DNA of 64,000 nucleotides from Alphaproteobacteria bacterium (GTDB lineage Bacteria; Pseudomonadota; Alphaproteobacteria; CAAGCB01; CAG-977): NCBI GenBank assembly GCA_900768875.1, contig CAAGEP010000003.1, positions 474,433 to 538,432 of the forward strand, read 5' to 3'. Shown piece by piece: positions 55,097 to 64,000 of this stretch (position 1 is its first letter; each line of letters starts with the position of its first letter). The notes under the pieces were generated by a model. It saw only the letters and a program-made list of their open reading frames with translations, ran no database searches and was not told where the DNA came from. The position numbers and the translations under genes were made by a program.

Positions 55097-56394
55097 TTTT
55101 GCTGTTACTCGCGCTGTTGCTGGCAAGCTGTCCCGTTAACGCCGAAAACCTGTTCAAAGCGGAAAGCTTCACGTTAAACAACGGCATGAAAGCCATTGCG
55201 ATAGAAAACCATCGCGCGCCCGCCGTGACGCACATGGTTTGGTACAAAACGGGCAGCATTGACGATCCGCTCGGCAAATCGGGCATCGCGCACGTTTTGG
55301 AACACCTGATGTTCAAAGGCACGCCCGCCGTCCCCGACGGAGAGTTTTCCAAAATCGTCGCCCGCAACGGCGGCAATGAAAACGCGTTCACGTCCCGCGA
55401 CTATACGGCGTACTATCAAAACATCGCGCGCGACCGCTTGGAATTGGTGATGTTTCTGGAATCCGACCGTATGAAAAACCTGCGTTTTTCCCTCCAAGAC
55501 TTCGCCCCCGAACTGGAAGTCGTCAAGGAAGAACGCCTGATGCGCACGGAAAACAACCCCGCGGCGCTGCTTGCGGAACGGCGCAACAGACTGCTGTGGG
55601 GGGAACACGCTTACGCCCGTCCGATTATCGGCTTTAAACAGGAATTGGCGGCGCTGACAATGAAAGACGCGCAGGATTTTTACAACACGCATTACGCGCC
55701 CGACAACGCGATTTTGATTGTCGCGGGCGACATCACGGCAGCGGAATTAAAGCCGCTTGCCGAAAAGTATTACGGAGCCGTCCCCCCCAGACGCAAAGCC
55801 CGCACAAAGCGCGTGTTTACCGATTCCCAACCGCTGAAGGCAACCCTCGAAATGGCGCATCCTTTGGCAAAAATACAAACGGTTACAAGAACTTACATCG
55901 TTCCGTCCTATCTGTCGGAAGGCAAGGAAACCGCCCATGCTTACGCCGTCTTGGCGGAAATTCTGGGGGCGGCGGATTCGGGCGTTTTATACAAGCGTCT
56001 GGTCGATTCCCAAAAAGCCTCCGCCGTTTCGGTCGATTACAGCGGTTTCGCATTGGATAAAGGCACGTTTTCGATTTCCGCCGCCGTATCTCCCGCTTCG
56101 ACCGCCGAAGCCGTCCGCGCCGCAATCGACCGTCCCGTTAAAATCGGGGAAAAAGCCTTGCGCCAAGCGAAAAAACGGCTGGTTGCGGGCATGGAGCATC
56201 TGATTGACGACCCCGCAACAACGGCGACCACCGTCGGACTGGCGGAAATTTTGGGATTGGGGATTGAAGAACTGGAAAGCTTCCCTGCGAAAATCAACGC
56301 CGTTACGCTCGGCGACGTGCAGGCGGCATACGAAACCTTGACAACGAAAGCCCCCTTTGCGACCACCGTTTTAACGCCGGAGACCGCGCCATGA
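55093..56394 (+). CDS. M16-family zinc peptidase (active subunit, HxxEH).
   Basis: 433 aa with a signal peptide and the inverzincin motif GIAHVLEHLMFKG. Confidence 0.8.
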   Translation: MILLLLALLLASCPVNAENLFKAESFTLNNGMKAIAIENHRAPAVTHMVWYKTGSIDDPLGKSGIAHVLEHLMFKGTPAVPDGEFSKIVARNGGNENAFTSRDYTAYYQNIARDRLELVMFLESDRMKNLRFSLQDFAPELEVVKEERLMRTENNPAALLAERRNRLLWGEHAYARPIIGFKQELAALTMKDAQDFYNTHYAPDNAILIVAGDITAAELKPLAEKYYGAVPPRRKARTKRVFTDSQPLKATLEMAHPLAKIQTVTRTYIVPSYLSEGKETAHAYAVLAEILGAADSGVLYKRLVDSQKASAVSVDYSGFALDKGTFSISAAVSPASTAEAVRAAIDRPVKIGEKALRQAKKRLVAGMEHLIDDPATTATTVGLAEILGLGIEELESFPAKINAVTLGDVQAAYETLTTKAPFATTVLTPETAP

Positions 56395-57758
56395 AACGCC
56401 TGTTGATTTGTCTTGCCGTTTTTTTCGCGCTGACGGGTGGCGCGTCGGCTCAACGCATTGAAGTCGTCAAAAAAACGCCTGTCCGCCTGCCCGCCGTCAA
56501 AGAAATGCCGTTCCGCATTCCGCAAGTGCGCGAGGTTTCCGCCGCCAACGGCGTCAAAGCGTGGCTGATAGAGGAAAAGTCAACACCCCTTATCGCCGTT
56601 TCGCTTCTGTTCAACGGCGGGGCGGCGTCCGACCCGAAGCGTCTGCAGGGTTTGACCCCGATTGCGGCGGCATTGCTCAGCGACGGCGCGGGACGTTACA
56701 AAGCCGAAGAATTGAATCAAATTCTGGCTGAAAAAGCGATTGAATTGAATTTTTCAAGCGGCGCGGATTACATTTCCGCCGAACTGACGACTTTGCGCGA
56801 ACACAAGGAAACCGCTTTTGATTTTCTGCGCTTGGCGCTGACCAAACCGCGCTTTGACAAAAAGGCACTGAAGCGGGTCAAGGAACAAATCCTTGCCGCC
56901 GTCAAAGCCCGCAAAGGCAACCCGAACGCCGCCGCTTACGAACGTTTTTTGAAACTGGCGTTCAAAAACCACCCGTACAGCCGCATCATGCCCGCCGCCG
57001 ACGGGGTGAAAGCGGTCACGCGCGCCGCTTTGAAACGCCTTGTCCGCCGCCGCATCACCCGCGACAACATGGTCATCGGCGTGGCGGGCAACATCTCGGA
57101 ATCCGAATTGAAAGACCTGCTGGAAACGACGTTTTCCGATTTACCCGAAAAAGCGGTTCTGCCCGACATTCCCGACGTTACGCCCGAATTGAGCGCGCAC
57201 ACCGACGTTTTGACCATGGACGCGCCGCAAAGCGCCGCCGTGTTCGGACATTCGGGAATTGCCCGCGGCGATCCCGATTATTACGCGGCTCTGCTGGTGG
57301 ATTACTCGTTCGGCGGGGGCGGCTTCGCGTCCCGTCTGTTCGACAAAGTGCGGGAAAAGAACGGTTTGGCGTACAGCGTTTCGACTTTTATGCTGCCGCT
57401 GAAACATTCGCCGATGTATATCGGAACGCTGGCGTCCGACAACGCGAAAATCGCGGGCGCAATCGACATCGTCAAAGCCGAATGGGCGAAAATGGCGCAG
57501 GCGGGACAAACCGCCAAGGAATTGAAAGACGCGAAAACCTATCTGACGGGGTCTTTCCCCCTGTCGTTCACGTCGTCGTCGGAACTGGCTTCGTTTTTGG
57601 CGGCACTGCAGTATAACGGCGAGGGAATCGACTGCCTGCAAAACAGAAACGCACTGATGAACGCCGTTTCGCTTTCCGAAGCGCGCCGAGTCGCCGCCCA
57701 TCTGCTCGCCCCCGAAAGTTTGTTCTTTGTAGTTGTGGGAAAACCTGCTAATCTTTAA
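56391..57758 (+). CDS. M16-family peptidase-like protein (probably the non-catalytic partner).
   Basis: 455 aa with a signal peptide and an M16 fold but no HxxEH motif. Confidence 0.75.
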   Translation: MKRLLICLAVFFALTGGASAQRIEVVKKTPVRLPAVKEMPFRIPQVREVSAANGVKAWLIEEKSTPLIAVSLLFNGGAASDPKRLQGLTPIAAALLSDGAGRYKAEELNQILAEKAIELNFSSGADYISAELTTLREHKETAFDFLRLALTKPRFDKKALKRVKEQILAAVKARKGNPNAAAYERFLKLAFKNHPYSRIMPAADGVKAVTRAALKRLVRRRITRDNMVIGVAGNISESELKDLLETTFSDLPEKAVLPDIPDVTPELSAHTDVLTMDAPQSAAVFGHSGIARGDPDYYAALLVDYSFGGGGFASRLFDKVREKNGLAYSVSTFMLPLKHSPMYIGTLASDNAKIAGAIDIVKAEWAKMAQAGQTAKELKDAKTYLTGSFPLSFTSSSELASFLAALQYNGEGIDCLQNRNALMNAVSLSEARRVAAHLLAPESLFFVVVGKPANL

Positions 57759-59435
<1,677 letters not shown>

Positions 59436-59436
59436 G

Positions 59437-61260
59437 ATGCTGCGTCTTTTACCGCCGTCGCTGATTAACCGCATCGCCGCGGGCGAAGTGCTGGAGCGTC
59501 CCGCTTCGGCGGTAAAAGAGCTGGTCGAAAACGCGCTGGACGCGGGCGCGGACAAAATCGACGTCGTTTTGACCGACGGGGGCAAAGAATCGCTGATTGT
59601 CATCGACAACGGCAAAGGTATGTCCCCCGACGAACTGTCTTTGGCGGTCGAACGCCACGCCACGTCCAAACTGCCGACGGACGACCTGTTCCACCTTGAC
59701 TTTCTGGGATTCCGCGGGGAAGCTCTGCCGTCTATCGGATCGGTCGCGCGCATGACGATAACGTCGCGCCCCGCAGGCGCGGAATCGGCGTGGAGCTTGT
59801 CCGTCAACGGCGGCGAAAAGGGCGCTCCCGAACCGTCGTCCGCGGGCTTCGGCACACGGATAGAGGTGCGGGATATGTTCTACGCCGTCCCCGCCCGCTT
59901 GAAATTTTTAAAATCCGCAACGACGGAGGTTGCCGCCGTCAAGGATATTCTGGACAGGCTGGCTTTGGCGTATCCCGCCGTGTCCTTTACTTTGTCGGAC
60001 GAAAAGAAAAAGCGTCTGGACTACCCCGCCTGTTCGGACACGTTGTCCCGCATCGCGCAAGTGGTCGGCGCGGATTTCACCGACAACGCCGCTCCCGTCA
60101 CAGCCGAACGCAACGGCGTTTCGCTGACGGGCTATGTCAGCCTGCCGACTTTGAACAAAGCGACGGCGGGCGACCAGTATTTCTTTGTGAACGGGCGTCC
60201 CGTGCGCGACAAAGTCCTGTTGAGCGCCATCAAGGGCGCGTACCGCGCTTTGCTGCCGTCCGACCGTTTCCCCGTTTTGGTGCTGTACGTCACTTTGCCG
60301 CCCGAAGACGTCGATATGAACGTCCACCCGACCAAAGCCGAAGTGCGTTTCCGCAACGCGCAAGATGTCCGCGGGATTATCGTTTCCGCCGTGCGCCAAT
60401 CGCTGACCTTGACAGGCTGTCAGACATCGAACACTTTGGCAAACGAAGCGCTGTCCGTCGCCGAAACGGCAGTCGGCTTTGCGCCCGTCCCCGCCGCGCC
60501 GTCAAAGGGGAACTCCGCTTTTTATCCGAAAACGTCTTTTTCCGTCCCGAAACAGCCAAGCTTTTCCCAACGGCAAAATCTGTTTCGCGCGAACGAAACC
60601 TATTCCGCGCCGACGCCGCGCACTGTTGAAACCGTCGAATCCCCCGCGCCCGCCGCCGAAGAAACCGCGGACGATTTTCCGCCTTTGGGACTGGCAAAAG
60701 CGCAGTTGCACGAAACCTACATCGTCGCGCAAACCGAAAACGGCATCGTCATCGTTGACCAGCACGCCGCGCACGAACGCCTGACGTATGAAAAAATGTC
60801 CCGCGCCTTAAACGAAGGCGACGCCCCCGCACAATATCTGCTGTTGCCCGAAGTCGTCGAAATCGGCGAAGCGAAAGCGGCGGCTTTGGCGGAATGTGCG
60901 GACGAACTGAAAAAAACGGGATTGCTGTTTGAACCGTTCGGCGACGGCACGGTTTTGGTGCGCGCCACCCCCGCGATTTTGGGCGAAGTCAACGCCAAAA
61001 CGCTGATGACCGACCTTGCCGACACCTTGGCGGAAAACCCGCAGCTGACCAGTTTGCAGGAACGGCTGAAAGCCGTCGTCGCGCGCATGGCTTGCCACGG
61101 ATCGGTGCGCGCGGGGCGCAAGCTGGACGTTTCGGAAATGAACGCGCTTTTGCGCCAAATGGAAGCCGAGCCGTTCGCGGGACAATGCATCCACGGACGC
61201 CCGACCTACATCGAATTGAAACTGAAAGACATCGAACGCCTGTTCGGACGCCGCGACTAA
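59437..61260 (+). CDS. mutL: DNA mismatch repair protein MutL.
   Basis: 607 aa. GHKL ATPase N-terminus (INRIAAGEVLERPASAVKELVENALDAGA). Confidence 0.9.
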   Translation: MLRLLPPSLINRIAAGEVLERPASAVKELVENALDAGADKIDVVLTDGGKESLIVIDNGKGMSPDELSLAVERHATSKLPTDDLFHLDFLGFRGEALPSIGSVARMTITSRPAGAESAWSLSVNGGEKGAPEPSSAGFGTRIEVRDMFYAVPARLKFLKSATTEVAAVKDILDRLALAYPAVSFTLSDEKKKRLDYPACSDTLSRIAQVVGADFTDNAAPVTAERNGVSLTGYVSLPTLNKATAGDQYFFVNGRPVRDKVLLSAIKGAYRALLPSDRFPVLVLYVTLPPEDVDMNVHPTKAEVRFRNAQDVRGIIVSAVRQSLTLTGCQTSNTLANEALSVAETAVGFAPVPAAPSKGNSAFYPKTSFSVPKQPSFSQRQNLFRANETYSAPTPRTVETVESPAPAAEETADDFPPLGLAKAQLHETYIVAQTENGIVIVDQHAAHERLTYEKMSRALNEGDAPAQYLLLPEVVEIGEAKAAALAECADELKKTGLLFEPFGDGTVLVRATPAILGEVNAKTLMTDLADTLAENPQLTSLQERLKAVVARMACHGSVRAGRKLDVSEMNALLRQMEAEPFAGQCIHGRPTYIELKLKDIERLFGRRD

Positions 61261-61265
61261 GCTTT

Positions 61266-63077
61266 TTACTTGTCGTCGCCGATACGCAAAGCGGAAATGA
61301 ACGCCGATTGCGGGATTTCGACTTTGCCGAATTGGCGCATACGCTTTTTGCCCTCTTTTTGCTTTTCAAGCAGCTTGCGTTTGCGGGTGATGTCGCCGCC
61401 GTAGCATTTCGACGTTACGTCCTTGCGGAACGCGGCGATGTCTTCGCGCGCGATGATTTTCCCGCCGATAGCGGCTTGAATGGGAATTTTGAACTGATGG
61501 CGGGGGATTAAGTCTTTCAGCCGTTCGCAGATTTGCCGCCCGCGGCGTTCGGATTGGGAACGGTGCGTCAAAAACGACAAAGCATCCACCACTTCGCCGT
61601 TGACCAAAATCGTGACTTTCACCAAATCGCCGACACGGTAATCCTCGACTTCGTAATCAAAGCTGGCGTAGCCGCTGGTCAGCGATTTCAATCGGTCGTA
61701 AAAATCGAACACGATTTCATTTAAGGGCAAATCGTAAACCAGCATCGCGCGGTTGCCGACATACGTCAAATCTTTCTGCACGCCGCGCCGTTCGGTGCAC
61801 AGCTGAATCACCGATCCCAGGTAAGTGTCGGGAACAAGGATTGTCGCCTTGACCCACGGTTCTTCAATGGACGTGATATTGGTCACATCGGGGAAATCCG
61901 CGGGATTGTGCAGTTCAACGATTGAACCGTCCGTCATGTGCATTTTGTAGCTGACGCTGGGCGCGGTCGTAATCAAGTCCAGATTGAATTCGCGTTCCAA
62001 TCGTTCCTCGATGATTTCCATGTGCAGCAGTCCAAGGAACCCGCAACGGAACCCCTGCCCCAAAGCGGCGGATTTTTCGGGCGAAAAATCAAAGCTTGCA
62101 TCGTTCAGCTGCAATTTTCCCAAAGCGTCGCGCAGGTTTTCGTAATAGCTGGTATCCAGCGGGAACATCGAACAGAACACAACGGGGACGCTCGGCTTGA
62201 ACCCCGGCAAAGGTTCGGCGGCGGGACGGCGGTCGTCCGTAATCGTGTCGCCGACTTTGGTATCGCCGACCGTTTTGATGCCCGCGGTGATAAAGCCCAG
62301 TTCGCCCGCGGTCAGTTCGGGGATGTCTTTCATTTTCGGCGTGAAAATGCCGACGCGCTCGACTTCGTAAGTCCGCCCGTGCGCCATCATGCGGATTTTC
62401 ATGCCTTTTTTCAAAACGCCGTCCTTGATGCGCACCAGAATAATCACGCCCAAGTACGGATCGTACCACGAATCGACCAGCATCGCTTTCAGGGGCGCTT
62501 CGACGTCGCCCGTCGGCGCGGGCAGGTATTTGACAATGCTTTCCAGCACCTCCGTAATGCCCAGCCCCGTTTTCGCGGACGTTTCGACCGCGTTCGACGT
62601 ATCAATGCCGATGACATCCTCGATTTGCGCTTTGACCTGTTCGGGATGAGCGGCGGGCAAATCGATTTTGTTGATGACGGGGACGATTTCGTGATTGCAG
62701 TCCAAAGCCTTGTACACGTTTGCCAGCGTCTGCGCCTCGACCCCTTGCGACGCGTCGACGACCAGCAAAGACCCCTCGCACGCCGCCAAAGAACGGCTGA
62801 CTTCATAAGTAAAGTCCACATGCCCCGGGGTGTCGATTAAATTCAGCTGATAGGTCTGCCCGTCCTGCGCCTTGTAATTCAAGCGGACGGTCTGCGCTTT
62901 GATGGTGATGCCGCGTTCGCGCTCCAAGTCCATGGAATCCAAGACCTGTTCGTGCATTTCGCGCTGGGTCAGCCCGCCGCACGTTTGAATCAGCCTGTCC
63001 GCCAAAGTCGATTTGCCGTGGTCGATATGCGCGACAATCGAAAAGTTGCGAATATGGGATAAGTCCGTCATCATCAA
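61266..63077 (-). CDS. lepA: Elongation factor 4 (LepA).
   Basis: 603 aa. GTPase motifs AHIDHGKST and DTPGHVDF, and the LepA C-terminal domain. Confidence 0.9.
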   Translation of the reverse strand: MMMTDLSHIRNFSIVAHIDHGKSTLADRLIQTCGGLTQREMHEQVLDSMDLERERGITIKAQTVRLNYKAQDGQTYQLNLIDTPGHVDFTYEVSRSLAACEGSLLVVDASQGVEAQTLANVYKALDCNHEIVPVINKIDLPAAHPEQVKAQIEDVIGIDTSNAVETSAKTGLGITEVLESIVKYLPAPTGDVEAPLKAMLVDSWYDPYLGVIILVRIKDGVLKKGMKIRMMAHGRTYEVERVGIFTPKMKDIPELTAGELGFITAGIKTVGDTKVGDTITDDRRPAAEPLPGFKPSVPVVFCSMFPLDTSYYENLRDALGKLQLNDASFDFSPEKSAALGQGFRCGFLGLLHMEIIEERLEREFNLDLITTAPSVSYKMHMTDGSIVELHNPADFPDVTNITSIEEPWVKATILVPDTYLGSVIQLCTERRGVQKDLTYVGNRAMLVYDLPLNEIVFDFYDRLKSLTSGYASFDYEVEDYRVGDLVKVTILVNGEVVDALSFLTHRSQSERRGRQICERLKDLIPRHQFKIPIQAAIGGKIIAREDIAAFRKDVTSKCYGGDITRKRKLLEKQKEGKKRMRQFGKVEIPQSAFISALRIGDDK

Positions 63078-63222
63078 TCCTTACATCAAAAAATCTTTGC
63101 CCAAGGATATATGAAAAACGGTTGTATTCAAACAATATTTTTTCTTTTTCCCCTCTTTCCTTGTCCAAATATTTCGTCTATAAAGGAAATATGTCCAAAA
63201 TTCGTTTCAAAAGGGGGTCAAA

Positions 63223-63840
63223 ATGGCAGATTTTTTCAGTTTGTTTATACCGATGTTCACCATGCTTTTCGTCGTTATGGACCCGATTGGGAATATGCCG
63301 CTGTTTTTGGCTTTGACCACCAGTCCCCGCGAAGGATACCGCGAACAGGTTGCCAAACGCGCCTGTTTGATTGGTTTTTTCGTACTGGTCGTTTTCGCGT
63401 TTGTCGGCGAACGTTTTTTGAACGCCATGGGCATTTCCCTGCCCGCTTTCCGAATCGCGGGCGGCATCATGCTGTTCATCGTCGGTCTGCAAATGGTGTT
63501 CGGCGAGGAACACAAGGAAAAATCCACCGAAGAACCCGAAGCGGGAACAACCGACGTTGCGATTTTCCCCCTTGCCGTGCCTTTGATTGCGGGCCCCGGA
63601 ACGATTGCGTCGATTATTCTGCTGATGAGCTCGCATAACGGCGACATCTCCAGCCAAATGCTGATTATCTTCACGCTTGCCGTTGTGCTGCTGGCGAACT
63701 ACGGACTGTTCCGCGCCGCCGCCGTTTTGTCCCGAATTGTCGGTCAAACGGTAAACACCGTGATTTCCAAAATCTTCGGCATCGTGCTGGGCGCGCTGTC
63801 CGCCCAGTTCATCATTGACGGGGTCAAGTCCTTGCTTTGA
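63223..63840 (+). CDS. marC: MarC-family (UPF0056) integral membrane protein.
   Basis: 205 aa with 6 TM helices and a MarC-like N-terminus. Confidence 0.75.
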   Translation: MADFFSLFIPMFTMLFVVMDPIGNMPLFLALTTSPREGYREQVAKRACLIGFFVLVVFAFVGERFLNAMGISLPAFRIAGGIMLFIVGLQMVFGEEHKEKSTEEPEAGTTDVAIFPLAVPLIAGPGTIASIILLMSSHNGDISSQMLIIFTLAVVLLANYGLFRAAAVLSRIVGQTVNTVISKIFGIVLGALSAQFIIDGVKSLL

Positions 63841-64000
63841 CGCGATACAGCACCGCGTAAAAAACGGGGATTGTATACAGCACCAGCACCGTTGACACAA
63901 ACAGCCCGAACACAATCGTCGCCGCCATAGACGAATAAAACGCGTGCGTTATCAGCGGCACAACGCCCAAAATCGTCGTCCCCGCCCCCATGGACACGGG
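63824..64000 (-). CDS. C-terminal end of a large polytopic transporter, probably an RND-type efflux permease. Partial; the 5' end is beyond the window.
   Basis: The minus-strand frame translates to ...GAGTTILGVVPLITHAFYSSMAATIVFGLFVSTVLVLYTIPVFYAVLYRVKART*. The stop is at 63824. Confidence 0.45.
   Translation of the reverse strand, partial: PVSMGAGTTILGVVPLITHAFYSSMAATIVFGLFVSTVLVLYTIPVFYAVLYRVKART

Noticed and set aside
63178-63915. 245-aa minus-strand ORF overlapping marC.
   Set aside because: The plus-strand MarC reading frame has a convincing membrane topology and family N-terminus. The minus ORF is antisense low-complexity. Only its last ~30 codons (63824 onward) coincide with the genuine C-terminus of an upstream RND-like gene.

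Overview
This window looks like a chromosomal segment of a GC-rich (roughly mid-50s % by eye) alphaproteobacterium. The evidence for that assignment is threefold. First, the dcw gene order places murB between murC and ddl and lpxC after ftsZ. Second, RecA carries the alphaproteobacterial N-terminal extension and FtsZ a long Pro/Gln-rich C-terminal linker. Third, there are two CtrA-type TTAA-N7-TTAA boxes and an hpnCDE hopanoid module.

Core content, in order:
- 1-15.4 kb: the dcw cluster ftsI' - murE/murF (in-frame fusion) - mraY - ftsW - murG - murC - murB - ddl - ftsQ - ftsA - ftsZ - lpxC. murD is conspicuously absent between mraY and ftsW.
- Minus strand, 15.7-24.5 kb: a tightly packed block recA <- HExxH-family gene <- cysQ <- cytoplasmic CckA-like hybrid histidine kinase <- flhB <- fliR <- fliQ <- fliE <- flgC <- flgB.
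- 24.7-28 kb: SPFH/NfeD pair and a large polytopic membrane protein.
- 38-43 kb: trmFO, hpnC-hpnD-hpnE and sodB.
- 46-49.4 kb: adhE with a divergent rex and a Rex-box.
- 49.4-63.8 kb: housekeeping genes (RumA-like methyltransferase, LuxR-type response regulator, ugpQ, ribF, lspA, an M16 peptidase pair, pgi, mutL, lepA, marC).

Accessory-looking content:
- A fast-evolving paralogous family of about 340-aa HExxH (gluzincin-like) proteins with no Sec signal and basic Arg-ended C-termini. There are four genes and five domains, one gene being a tandem-domain fusion. Three genes are clustered at 28.0-32.3 kb and one sits at 16.9-17.9 kb.
- A tRNA-Met(CAT) at 34.4 kb with a 15-bp direct repeat of its 3' portion 168 bp away. 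It is flanked by eukaryotic-like repeat proteins (ankyrin; Sel1, pentapeptide and rhodanese in one operon) and an exported flavodoxin.
- A 712-aa secreted, extremely Cys-rich (furin/VSP-like CxxC) protein preceded by a perfect CtrA box and containing a 213-bp tandem duplication.
- An adhE-rex anaerobic module and a methyltransferase-like gene with a degenerate SAM motif (possible RquA).

No CRISPR arrays, rRNA genes or transposases were recognised.
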